Positions 15,890 through 30,989 of a stretch of DNA of 64,000 nucleotides are shown one piece after another (within the stretch, counting starts at the first letter, position 1; every line of letters starts with the position of its first letter). This stretch comes from Eledone cirrhosa (taxonomy: Eukaryota): the NCBI GenBank assembly GCA_964016885.1, contig OZ024742.1:264740001-264804000 (forward strand), written 5' to 3'. The position numbers and the translations under genes were made by a program. A model generated the notes under the pieces. It made no database searches. It saw only the letters and a list, made by a program, of their open reading frames with translations, and was not told the DNA's origin.

Positions 15890-16371
15890 TGTTTGTATGT
15901 GTATTTATGGTGGTATGAGTGTGTGGATATATATGTTTGTATGTGTATTTATGGTGGTATGAGTGTGTGGATATATATGTTTATATATATATATATATAT
16001 ATATGTATGAGTGTATGTGTGTGTATATATATATATATATATGTATGTATGGTTATATATATGTATATATATATATGTGTATGTATGTGTGTATGTATAT
16101 ATATCTCTATTAATGCGTGTGTGTATGTATATACATATGCCTTTTTATTATTATTTTTATTTGTATGTCTGAGTTAGGTGAGGTTGTAGTGTTTTTTATG
16201 TATATACGCATATATGGAAGCGTATGTATGTATATATATGAGTATAAGTAGGTGCATATGTATGTATGATTATATATCTAATTCTATGTATGAATGTACA
16301 TCTATATATATATATATATATATGTGTGTATGTAAGTTGTGTGTGTATGTATCTATATGTCTATGTGTGTG

Positions 16372-16408
<37 letters not shown>

Positions 16409-16487
16409 CGATGTGCGTATATGTATGTACATGTATGTACATGTATGTGTGTATGTATGTGTATGTATATTTAGATGTATGTGTATG

Positions 16488-16532
<45 letters not shown>

Positions 16533-17348
16533 ATATATATATGGATATATATCTTTATTATTTATTTTTTATATATATGTGTATGTGTGTATGTGTTGCG
16601 TGTGTGTGTGTGTGTATATATATATCTTTATATATGTGTATGTGTATGTTTGTGTAAGTGTATGTGTGTGTATGACTGTATATGTATGTGTGTATGTGTG
16701 TATGCGTAAATATTTCTATGTGCGCGTACATGTATGTATGTGTATATATCTGTATGTGTACGTATATTATATTATATTTATTATATTTTATTGTTTTATT
16801 TTTTTATTTTTCTTAATTTATAGATACATTTATATTAGGCAGTCTGCTCAGACAATTGAATACTGACCCCTCCCCCCCCTCCCACCTAATTTCTGTATCT
16901 TGATCTTGAAATGTGTGTGCCAGTGTTTTATGTGAGTGATTTAATATCCATGTGCTTATGATTTTATATCCACATATATAAATGTGAGTGGGGGTGTGTG
17001 TGTGTTTGTATGTTCGTGGTTATGTGTATATTTATGCATATACGCGCGTGTATGTGTGATTGTACTGATATGTGTGAGTATGAAAAAATATATTTATATG
17101 CTTGACTCCATAAGTATCAATGCGCATCTTATCAGCGCATTTTAAGCTTACAGAGATATTAACCTTGAAATTTTGTGCTTGCATCCATCTTTTTAGTATG
17201 CGTATACAAGTTATACATACATTTTTGTAAAATATGTGTAAGGATTTTACATGTATATACACACACCGAACTGCTTTTAACCCTTTGTGTTTTCATTGGT
17301 CAATTTTGAACTGAAATTTTGAATTGTTGTTATTATCAATAAATATAC

Positions 17349-17503
17349 TTCATTATTTCTGAAGACGGCGTATATATGTGTTAGGTATGTATATTTAATC
17401 TTGATAATTTGTATAATTTTGTATAATTTTGTACATAGATCTGTTGAATATGCATACCAATTATAACACATATATACCCTAGAAACGATCGTTAAATAAT
17501 GAA
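17349..17503 (+). ncRNA. Type-I hammerhead ribozyme with about 115-nt stem II (right arm)
   Basis: Stem I ttcattattt/aaataatgaa (10 bp). CTGAAGA 17359-17365. Stem II gtatatatgtgtta/taacacatatatac plus ggtatgtatatttaa/ttgaatatgcatacc. GAAA 17482-17485. Palindromic stem III acgatcgt. GUU cleavage triplet. Confidence 0.8.
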
Positions 17504-17691
17504 CTTTTTTTGTTTAATATAAGGAATTGTTTATTCATTATTTGTTTAATATTTTATCTTGACTCTGTATACCGTTTATCTTTCACCGAAAGTGGTTTTT
17601 CATTACATCTCTTCTTTCCATGATATCCGGAATACATTGAGTTCTTCATACGGATTGGACACTACCGTAAACTCTTGGTAGATTTATCTAC

Positions 17692-17831
17692 ATATATATA
17701 TATATATATAATATATATATATATATTATATATATATATATAATATATATATATATATAATATATATATATATATAATATATATATATATATAATATATA
17801 TATATATATAATATATATATATATATAATAT

Positions 17832-17882
<51 letters not shown>

Positions 17883-18069
17883 TATATATAATATATATAT
17901 ATATATAATATATATATATATAATATATATATATATATAATATATATATATATAATATATATATATATATAATATATATATATAATATATATATAATATA
18001 TATATAATATATATAATATATATATAATATATATATATAATATTTATATAATATATATATATCTATATA

Positions 18070-18101
<32 letters not shown>

Positions 18102-18286
18102 ATATATATATATAATATATATAATATATATATATATAATATATATATAATATATATATAATATATAATATATATAATATATATATAATATATAATATAT
18201 ATATAATATATAATATATATATAATATATATAATATAAATATAATATATAATATATATATAATATATAATATATATATAATATATA

Positions 18287-18350
<64 letters not shown>

Positions 18351-18671
18351 ATATATATATATATAATATATAATATATATATATATAATATATATATATA
18401 ATATATAATATATAATATAAATATATAATCTATATATATAATATATATATATAACATATGGATATATATATAATATATATATATATATATAATATATATA
18501 TATATAATATATATATATATATAATATATATATATATATAATATATATATATATATATAATATATATATATCTATATAATATATATATATATATATAATA
18601 TATATATAATATATATATATCTATATAATATATATAATATATATATATATATATAATATATATATAATATA
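17692..18671. repeat. Imperfect (TA)n, a mirror image of about 9560-10535
   Basis: Unique interruption tccatatgtt (9771-9780) reappears as aacatatgga (18453-18462) at a matching distance from the element end. Confidence 0.9.
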
Positions 18672-18871
18672 NNNNNNNNNNNNNNNNNNNNNNNNNNNNN
18701 NNNNNNNNNNNNNNNNNNNNNNNNNNNNNNNNNNNNNNNNNNNNNNNNNNNNNNNNNNNNNNNNNNNNNNNNNNNNNNNNNNNNNNNNNNNNNNNNNNNN
18801 NNNNNNNNNNNNNNNNNNNNNNNNNNNNNNNNNNNNNNNNNNNNNNNNNNNNNNNNNNNNNNNNNNNNNNN
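18672..18871. other. Assembly gap (200 N)
   Basis: Run of N. Confidence 1.
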
Positions 18872-19036
18872 TAGATAAAATGAACCATTTACTCATGGTA
18901 TTCTCATTAGAAACCCTTTATATACTTGTTTAGCAGTAAATTGAATTACCATCTGTCATATACTATCCCCTCTCTTCTTCCTCTATTACTAATATAAATA
19001 CTTCAATTTTTCTGATTTTATCCAATTTATCCAAAA

Positions 19037-19152
19037 TCTCTGAAGAAGTGACAACTGATTATACATTTGCTATCGAATACTTGCTAACATTATATGATTG
19101 CGCAAGCAGCGATACATAGGTATTCCGTCTGTTACAGAAACATATGTCAATA
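19037..19152 (+). ncRNA. Type-I hammerhead with about 90-nt stem II (PLE 3' end, about 55 nt before (TA)n)
   Basis: CTGAAGA 19040-19046. Stem II gtgaca/tgttac with inner tatcg/cgata and cttgc/gcaag. GAAA 19137-19140. Palindromic stem III acatatgt. GUC triplet. Stem I is poor. Confidence 0.65.
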
Positions 19153-19197
19153 CCTAATAAATTCCTCTTTTAAAAAAAGCACTTTCATTTTATATTC

Positions 19198-19832
<635 letters not shown>

Positions 19833-19836
<4 letters not shown>

Positions 19837-20808
19837 AAAATGGGGAGGAAAATACTGTTGGTAGCACATGGATAACATGTAATAAAATAAGTCTCTCATC
19901 AGTGATTTGCCGACGATCATAGATATTTCATTGCATTAAAAATCATATACCTCACGTCGGTGCAATAATAACTAAATTAAGTTATTAGGACAATTAAAAC
20001 GCGTAAAGCGAGTGAGACAGGAAAACAACAAAGAGTAGAGCTAACCGTAGAGGAAGGAAACAAGCTTCATAGTTATTCTGTTAGCGTAAGCTAGGTGAAT
20101 ATATGAGCGCTTAGAAAAAAGACCTTTCGTGAACGAATGCAATGTAAGAAAGAGAGAAATTGCTTTCGTTACGAACGGGGTGAAGTGAGGAGAGGAGAAA
20201 CAGTGAGTGAGTGGAAGTGTGAGGAAGAGTTAACTGACACGACAGAGGGGGCGAAAGAAAGTAGGAGAAACAGAGAGAATGAGGGAGCAGTAAGAGAGAG
20301 AGAGAGAGAGAGAGAAAAAACAGAATCGCAGTATAGGTAAATATATGTGATAAAATGGGGAGAAAAATACTGCTGGTAGCACATGGATAACATGTAATAA
20401 AATAAGTCCCTCATCCGTGATTTGCCGACGATCATAGATATTTCATTGCATTAAAAATCATGTACCTCACGTCGGTGCAATAATAACTAAATTAAGTTAT
20501 TAGGACAATTAAAACGCGTAAAGCGAGTGAGACAGGAAAACAACAAAGAGTAGAGCTAACCGTAGAGGAAGGAAACAAGCTTCATAGTTATTCTGTTAGC
20601 GTAAGCTAGGTGAATATATGAGCGCTTAGAAAAAAGACCTTTCGCGAACGAATGCAATGTAAGAAAGAGAGAAATTGCTTTCGTTACGAACGGGGTGAAG
20701 TGAGGAGAGGAGAAACAGTGAGTGAGTGAGTGGAAGTGTGAGGAAGAGTTAACTGACACGACAGAGGGGGCGAAAGAAAGTAGGAGAAACAGAGAGAATG
20801 AGGGAGCA

Positions 20809-20854
<46 letters not shown>

Positions 20855-21326
20855 ACAGAATCGCAGTATAGGTAAATATATGTGATAAAATGGGGAGATA
20901 AATACTGCTGGTAGCACATGGATAACATGTAATAAAATAAGTCCCTCATCCGTGATTTGCCGACGATCATAGATATTTCATTGCATTAAAAATCATGTAC
21001 CTCACGTCGGTGCAATAATAACTAAATTAAGTTATTAGGACAATTAAAACGCGTAAAGCGAGTGAGACAGGAAAACAACAAAGAGTAGAGCTAACCGTAG
21101 AGGAAGGAAACAAGCTTCATAGTTATTCTGTTAGCGTAAGCTAGGTGAATATATGAGCGCTTAGAAAAAAGACCTTTCGTGAACGAATGCAATGTAAGAA
21201 AGAGAGAAATTGCTTTCGTTACGAACGGGGTGAAGTGAGGAGAGGAGAAACAGTGAGTGAGTGAGTGGAAGTGTGAGGAAGAGTTAACTGACACGACAGA
21301 GGGGGCGAAAGAAAGTAGGAGAAACA
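19833..21326. repeat. Head-to-tail tandem array of a 515-535-bp unit (about 2.8 copies)
   Basis: Units start tgataaaatgggg at 19833, 20348 and 20883 and differ mainly in (GA)n length. Confidence 0.95.
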
Positions 21327-21394
21327 GGGGTTAAACGGGTAGGACCGTTCACCGCGATCGCGAGGGGACTCAGTCCGCTGCTGTTTTAAGGCGC

Positions 21395-23147
<1,753 letters not shown>

Positions 23148-23228
23148 GAAAAATTGAACAGGGACAGAACAGAGAGGCAGTACGATAAATGTTTATTAAA
23201 TTCACGCTGAGGAGAGTGGGGGGTAGGT

Positions 23229-23270
23229 GGGGGACGACGTTTCGGGCATAAGCCCTTCTTCAGGTGAGAG
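23229..23270 (-). ncRNA. Minimal type-I hammerhead motif (PLE pLTR type), about 85 nt before (TA)n
   Basis: Minus strand: ctctcac CTGAAGA a gggc ttat gccc GAAA cg TC gt. Core is intact; stem I is only 2 bp. Confidence 0.65.
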
Positions 23271-25293
23271 TTCAAAAGGTGTGTAGGGGAGTGGTGGAGA
23301 GACATATAGCGAAAGGAAACGGTGCGAATGAAAAATTAACAAATAAAGACAAAAATATAATAAATAATAAATAAAAATAAAGCATGATCAAAATACAAGG
23401 AATGAGAAAATTTAAAAATAAAGGCATGATCAAAATAAACTGAAATTAAAAGGGGGGTAAACAGGTGGTGGAAGGGTGTGGGGTGAGTAGAGGTGGTGGC
23501 GGGTGGAGTGGGGAGAGGGAGACGGGTGTCCGAGCGGGGAGGGCTGAAGGTGGTGTGTGTGGTTAGGTGTGCGTGTGTGTGTGTGTGTGTGTATGTGAAA
23601 GTGAGGGTTGGGGGAAGAACGGGGTTGCATGTTCAGGAAGGTGTGTGTGGGGGGTGTTTTTGTGGGTCGGAGGGTCTGTGCGTGTGTGGATAGGGGGTGG
23701 GGGGAGAGGAATTAGGGGGCTGAGGGTGTAAATATGTGGTGGGAAGCACGTGTGTGTGGTTTAAGCGTGTTGTGGGTGTGGGTGGCGTGTGGATAAAAAA
23801 AAATTTTTTGGGGTGTGTGTATGGGTGAGTTATATAGGTGATGGTGTAAGAGGATGGTTGAAAAGTGGTAAATTACACGGATGTATGGAGATTTTGGTTG
23901 GAAGTCAATAACGCGTGTGGGTAATCCAAGAAGCGGTGGTCGGAAGAGGAGATATATATATATATATATACTGTAGTATAAATTTTGTTTAATTTTCCAA
24001 GGGTTAGAGCACTCAGTCCATAGAACGAGTTAAGTATAATTAGATACAACAGTGACATGTACAGATACTTAAGTTTCGTTGGGGTCAATAACTCAACGAA
24101 ACTAAAGTACCTGTACATGTCTTCCCTCAACATAAAATATAGGATCATGTTATTTTATCGTAGCATCAGTACTATATTGAAATAGTTTTACTGAACTCAA
24201 TGCTTTTAGTGTCGTTTGTAATTGGACCTGTAGGTCACCAACATGTACTTTTAATAGGTTTTAAGAATCTAAAGTAAGTGAGCAATAATCTTCGAGATAT
24301 TAGTCTATATAGGTGAAATGGTTAAATGAGTTTAGTATAATTTTATACAGAATATTGAGCTCACGACAAAGTTCTATTAAAATTTGAAAGTTATATATCG
24401 TTTGTCACCAAATGTTGCATTTACTTTACAAAATATGACAAGAGGACGGTAGAGTGCCAAAATTGTTGGAACGTCGGGAAAATGCGTAGCAGTATTTGTT
24501 CCGGCTCTTTATTTTTTGAGTTCAAAACCCATCGAGGTCAACGTTGCCTTTTATCCTTCCGAGATCGTTTCAAGTACTGCAGTTGATATAATCGAATTTT
24601 CTTTTTCTCAAATTAGAAGCCATTTTGACAAGAAATATAAAAAGTAAATATTGTGTTGTTGCTTATTCACAAGTCAAACCTGATCAAACATACCTAATAC
24701 ATGGAATTGTTAATTGAACAGCTAAGTACAATCCACAAATCTATGGCATTGACTACTTCATTGAACACTTAAATACGATCCACAGATCACTGTGTTGTGC
24801 TGTTTACATTAGTTGAACAGTGTTACTTTATGACTATTCCATTTTTTTTTTTCAAATATAGTATTTCTACGTTGACTTCATCCAATGTATCGGTCTGTTT
24901 TTAAAACGGTGGAATGTGATTTGAAATGGATTTGACTGATATTTCTTATAAGTCGAGTTACCACACAGAGGCGTCTTCTTTCGCGGAAGCCCTTATGTAA
25001 TTATATATGTGTATATTACTTTGCCATGTCTTCTTTTGTTTCGTGTTTGATTTAAAACTAAATAGACAGAATTGAAAGCCCCATATCTGTTTCTGTCAAC
25101 CGGGACTTATGTATCTAGTCAAGCAAACAAAACTTTTATATATGGATTTGTAATCGCACACACATACATAACTGTTTTGCATATATCTATACACATTTGC
25201 TGATCCATTTAGTAGGCATAATGAAATAAAAAAATAAATAAATAAAGAGAAATAAATTAAACAATAATACGAGAACAAAATTAAAACAATAAT

Positions 25294-25479
25294 TGTTTCT
25301 ATTTTTGGCACAAGGCCAGCAATTACCCAGAGCATTACTGGTACTTTATTGTATCGACCCCGTAAGGATGAAAGGCAAAGTTAACCTCGGCGGGATTTGA
25401 ACTCAGAATGGCAAGGGCCGTAACTCTATACGTCAAAGCATGGCATCCGACCCTCTACCGATACTGCCAATCCACCGCC
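25294..25479 (-). mobile_element. tRNA-derived SINE with a Nin/Deu-like central domain, with TSD
   Basis: Minus strand ggcggtggattggcag...gagttcaaatcccgccgaggttaactttgcctttcatccttacggggtcgat. TSD aaaattaaaacaataat on both sides. Confidence 0.85.
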
Positions 25480-26009
25480 AAAATTAAAACAATAATGTTT
25501 TCTCAAATGTTCCAACATTCCAACCAACGTTCATGTGAATATCCACCATTTTGAGTGTAAAAGACATATTACCAACAATTAGAATAACATCAACTAACCT
25601 TCATTTGTGCCTATCTGCTGACAATAACCAGTGGTGATGATACAACAGACCATTTCATCACACTAATTGGACTATTAGTTCTTTGTTGTTGTTATTACTG
25701 CTTTCCGTTTGAACTCTAGCTTTCGTTTTCTTCACCCATCGCCCTTGTTATTTCATTGGCATTCATTCTCCCCCTATTTCCATCTATACCACATTATTCA
25801 GGTTAATGTTTGCTGTCATTGTCTTTGTTGTTGTTTTTTTGGCGATTTTAACCTATTTTAAAAATTATATTTACCGTTATTGTGGCTATCGGCGCATCTA
25901 TTCCTCCTACGTTATATTTTATTATTGCTTTGTTATTGCTGTTGATGTTCGTTGTTAATGGTGGAATTATTGTTTTTGAAATTGCTGATGTAGTTTTAGG
26001 AAGATGATT

Positions 26010-27112
26010 GGTTTGTGGGTAGGACGACGGATTGACAGTATCGATAGATCATCGGAAAACATACTTTACAGATTATAGTTACATTCTGAATTCAATTCTC
26101 GCCGAGGTTAGCTTTGCCTTTCATCCTTACGATAAAATAAAGTACCAGCAACGCACTAGAGTCAATGCAATCGACTTTTTCTTTTTCTTAAAGTTGCTGA
26201 CCTTGTGCCAAAAGTAGAAACAATTATTGTGTTTGGAGAGAACATTAGATTAGCAGTGTTGGTCGAACATCAAACAAAATGCTTTGCGGTATTTAGTTAC
26301 AACTTTCTGAGTTCTTCAAATCTCACGGAGGTCATCTTTGCCTTTCATCTTTCCAGGATCGATAAAATAAACTCCCAGTAAATAACTTGGATCATTATAC
26401 TCGACTGTCTTCCTCCCACAAATTGAAGGCCTTGTGCATAAATTAGAAATCATTGTCATTGGTAAAATTGGTAGAGCATCAAACAAAATGCCTTGCAGTA
26501 TTTAGTTATGACTTTCTACATTCTGAGTTCAATGCCACCGAGGTCACCTTTGCCTTTCACCCCCCCCCCCCCGGAGGGGGGTGTGGGCTCGATAAAATAA
26601 AGTAACAGTAAATAACTGCGGTCAATATAATCAACCTTCTCCCAAATTGCTAGCCTTGTGCTGATGTTAGAAATTACTACAGTTAAGGCTACTGAGGTTA
26701 CTACAGTTGCTTTGTTGATTTTTTTCCTTGTATTCTTGTTATTGTGCAAAAATATCTTGCAGCGAGCAATGTCTCATTTCAGCTCTCTTCTTTCATATTA
26801 TTTCAATCAAGTGATTATAGTGGTTGTGATAGCTGCGTGACTGCTGTTGGTGATATTACTGGTAGCGGTTGTGGTGGTGTTGGTAATGATAAAGTGATTG
26901 ATATAGAGTATAGTAGTATTGTTGGTGGATTGGCAGTATCGGTGGAGGGCCGGACGTCATGCTTTCCAACATAGAGTTGTGTCTCTTTACGGTCTGAGTT
27001 CAAATCTCGCCGAGGTTTACTTTGCCTTTCATCCTTACGCGGTCGACAAAATAAAGTACAAGTAATACACTGAGATAATTGCTGGCCTTGTGCCAAAAGT
27101 AGAAACAATTAT
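26010..27112 (+). mobile_element. Cluster of four same-orientation copies of the Nin/Deu-like SINE
   Basis: tttgcctttca(t)cc...gataaaataa...ccttgtgc...tagaaa is repeated near 26113, 26337, 26549 and 27021. Confidence 0.8.
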
Positions 27113-27859
27113 TATTGGTGATGGTAGAGTTTGTAGTAATAAAGCATTTGATATTGTGGGGAGAATAATACTGTGGTTGTTGGTGTTTGTAGTTATAAAG
27201 TGCTAGATATAGCGAAGACAATATAACTTCAAACTCCTCCATAACAACAGTACTACAGTAGTTGATATGGTGAGGTTGATAGTAGTTTGTTTTGTGGCGA
27301 TATTGCTGGGAACAGTGGATGTTTTGATGATTGTTATTGTGGTTGTTGTGTTGGTGTGAAATGGCGCTAATGGTAGACGAATGGAAATAGCAACAATTGC
27401 ATGAAAGCTTTATATGTAGAAATTATAGTGCCATTTAACTTAGTCAACGAAAAAAAAACCTAGAAGCAACACCGAAACAAATTACAACTGCGATGGCAAC
27501 AGCAAGAAAGCGAAGAATTAAAATATTCATAACAGTAATAACAATAGTAATATCGATTTCTCACAATTGCACACACAAATAAGTCACATATTTTAAGGGA
27601 TACACAAAGATTGAATACACCAGTTTAGAGGTATTTTTGTTTTTTGTTGTTGTTAATGGGTTTTTTGTTGTTGTTAATGGGTTTTTTTTTTTTTGTAGTC
27701 ATTTTCTTTTGTTTTTCTTTTCTCTTAATTATATCGACCTCGGACGAATGAATGGACAAGTTGTACCCAGAGAAATTTAAACTGAGACCATCAAAAGACT
27801 TAGCTATCATCGTCATGCCTTATCATCTCTGATGGTCAGAAAATATGCGATGACCAATT

Positions 27860-28500
27860 CCTCCTTCTCTATCTTTAACCACATATTCCAGCTCAATAAA
27901 TTTCTTACTGACCATTCTCTCGCAATCAAACCAAACAATTTATTTGTGGTATTGTGTAGCTTTTTCAGTCGATGTAGTAGTGACACGTTTCATATCAATC
28001 CCAGCAGAACCGCGTAATGTCCAATATGTTGCAATTGTCTTCTCTTAATGTCTGGTGATAGGATGGAGCCATCCAGTTGTTTGTTGTCCAGTACTTGAGA
28101 GTTACTCACTTTCTCAGTCCAAGGAATTTTCTATATCGGTGATAACCCTACCTTTTAAATGCTCTATTTTTCCAATAATATCCCTAGTTATGGCCATATC
28201 TCGCAACCATATCGGAATACAGGCCACACATAAGCTCCGAATACTCTAATTTTCGTAAAAATACTGACGTTATTCCGCATAAGGTGAGCCTTCTGCATGA
28301 CTGCTTGTTCATGATACTTAATCAGCATCGGATTTCCCCAATATCACAGACGTCAGCATGTGTCATAGCTCCTAGATATTTGAACACATTCGATAGCATC
28401 TCCTTCCTTGATCAACTGCATCGTAGTGCCACCGAAGACTTAAATAAGTACCGAAAAATTATTTATTCAATGCACTGTGGATCCTGCTATCCACTGCACT
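27860..28500 (-). mobile_element. Old decayed RTE LINE C-terminal fragment
   Basis: Minus-strand remnants NVFKYLG and RVFGAYVWPVFRYGCEIW. Confidence 0.6.
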
Positions 28501-28811
28501 GCATCAATAATGGTTTCTAATTTACGTACAAAGCTAGCATTTTTTGTGGCGGCGAGGAGGGGGGGGGGGATAATATTTTATAGATCCCGGACGGAGGAAA
28601 GACAAAGTTGATCTGGGCAGGGTTGAACACAAGACGTAAAAGCTGGAAGAAATACTACAAAGCACTTTGCCTGAAACACTAAAAATTCTTCCAATAATAG
28701 TTTCTAATTGAGGCACAATATCATCAATTTGCGTTGAGGGGAGAGTGTTGGTCGATTATATCGACCCACTACTTGGCTAGTAATTTATTGTATCACACCG
28801 AAAGGGTGAAA

Positions 28812-29331
28812 GACAGTAATAACAGCTACAACAGTACTAACAGCTATAACAGATATACCAACATCTATAACAGTAATGACAACAGATATAACTGTAATGA
28901 CAACATCTGCAACAGTAATAATTATATTTACAGCAGTAATGACAATATCTACAACAGTAATGGCATCTATAACAGTAATGCCAACAGATATAACAGATAG
29001 GACAGCACCTATAACAGTAATGACAACATATATAACTGTAATGACAATAGTTATAATAGTAATAACAACAGTTATAACAGTAATGACTACAGCTATAACA
29101 GTAATGACAGTTATAACAGAAATAACAATAGATATAACAGTAATGACAACAGCTATAACAGTAATGACAGTTATAACAGAAATGACAATAGATATAACAG
29201 TAATGACTACAGCTATAACAGTAATGACAGCTATAACAGTAATGACAATAGATATAACAGTAATGACTACAGCTATAATAGTAATGACAGTTATAACAGA
29301 AATGACAATAGATATAACAGTAATGACTACA
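28812..29331. repeat. Degenerate 18/21-bp minisatellite (ctataacagtaatgacaa-like)
   Basis: Direct periodicity; it produces the spurious ITVMT ORF. Confidence 0.85.
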
Positions 29332-29984
29332 GGTCGAGCGACCAGGTTAAGATTTCTCTCTCATTCCTTGGCTTGATGTTGTCGTCGAAGGCAGTTTTTT
29401 TGTTGTCGGCGATGGTGTCGTTGTTGTAGTCGTTGTTGTCATTGACGTCGTTGTTGTTGTTGTCAACATCGACATCATCGTTGTTAGCGGAGGCGGCGGT
29501 GATTGTTGCGATAACGACTTGGAGTAACGAGTGGGGAGGTGCTAATGGCTGTTAGTATTAGTGTCAACATAGGCAATGAAGAAAAGATCCGAAACGATCA
29601 GCTGTGATATCCTGCCAACGGAAGAAAGAAGACTAAAATCATTACAACTAAAATCAACATTGCAACTGGAATCACCACCGTTAACATTATTGTCACCCCC
29701 ACCGATCTTGTCGTCTCTGTTATCACCATTACCATCATCATCATCGTCATCATCACCGCCTACCACCACCACCATTACCATCTACCATCGCCAACACAAC
29801 CACAATCATCATCACATCCTATCACTACCACCACCACCATCTCACCACTTCCGACCACCACCACCACCACCACAACCACCACCTACTTTTGCCACTCAAA
29901 AAGAGGAAAGAAAATCAGAAAACTCCAAGAAATTCTCCTATTTTATTGCTTTCTTTTTCACTTTTATGCTCATGACTTACTTAC

Positions 29985-30036
<52 letters not shown>

Positions 30037-30222
30037 TATGGTGGTAGTGCTAGTGGTGGTAATAATGATGATGATGTTTTAGTCCCAGGTCAGCCCTAGT
30101 TGATCAGACCTGTGATCAAATGATATTTCAGCCTTGACATTCCAGTTTCTTCCTATTTTTAGGGAACTCATATTTTCATTCCTTCATTCAAATTTTATAT
30201 ATCTATATAATATATATATATA

Positions 30223-30511
30223 TGAAGTTGCATGGCTTAGTGGTTAGAGCATTGGGCTTGCAATCGAAAGGTTGTGAGTTCAATTCTCAGACCGGGTGAT
30301 GTGTTGTTTCCTTGAGCAAGACACTTTATTTCACATTGCTCCAGTTTACCACTGCAAAGTGGTCGTGGAGGTGCCACGGCAAAAAAGCACCCACTGTAAA
30401 TGAGGTTGGTGTTAGGAAGGGCATCCAGCTGTAGAAATCAAGCCAGAATCAGTTCCCGTCCCACCCTTGCACGCAGGGAAAAGCGGACGTAAAATGATGA
30501 TGATGATGATG

Positions 30512-30513
<2 letters not shown>
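30223..30513 (+). mobile_element. tRNA-derived CORE-type SINE with an RTE-derived tail and (ATG)n end
   Basis: tggcttagtggttagagc (A box), gagttcaattc (B box), ccttgagcaagacacttt core, tail cccttgcacgcagggaaaagcggacgtaaaatgatgatg. Confidence 0.85.
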
Positions 30514-30557
<44 letters not shown>

Positions 30558-30702
30558 AAGATATATATAGAGAGAAAGAGCCATATATAATTAGAGAAAC
30601 ACATAGTATTTTGTACATATATATAAATCATATATTTAGGAAAAAGTACATACATATTACATATGTTATGATACCTTAACTTAGTATATATATATATAAT
30701 AA

Positions 30703-30750
<48 letters not shown>

Positions 30751-30881
30751 TACGTATATTATTCCAAGTAAAAAGTGTTGGTTGATCAAGCAATTGACTG
30801 ATTGTAGTGTAATCAGATGTAAGCACTCCATGGCATGTATACCTTAGGGTATTACCTATATGGTATCAGACGGAGTGTCAC

Positions 30882-30989
30882 TATTATAAAAAAAGAAGAG
30901 AAACGATATCACGTATACATCCTCAGTTTATTACATATGTAATAAACTGAGATGTATATGTGATACCATGCCTCTTCCTTTTTATAATA
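30882..30989. repeat. Aged fold-back palindrome next to (TA)n
   Basis: Perfect centre ctcagtttattacat|atgtaataaactgag with degenerate outer arms. Confidence 0.75.

Larger units (their letters stand above)
10536..17691 (-). mobile_element. Penelope-like retroelement (Naiad-like), 5'-truncated, with an inverted copy of its 3' end (arms 10536-12291 and 15890-17691)
   Basis: Minus-strand RT (YRDD) and GIY-YIG ORFs, a long microsatellite-rich 3' UTR, near-identical inverted arms, an HHR in each arm, and both ends in (TA)n. Confidence 0.9.

Noticed and set aside
28876-29376. 166-aa ITVMT-repeat ORF
   Set aside because: Product of an 18/21-bp minisatellite.
30822-30882. Minus-strand cactccgt CTGATA...catg..atggagtg, hammerhead-like
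   Set aside because: Stem I-like pairing exists, but too many core positions differ to call.
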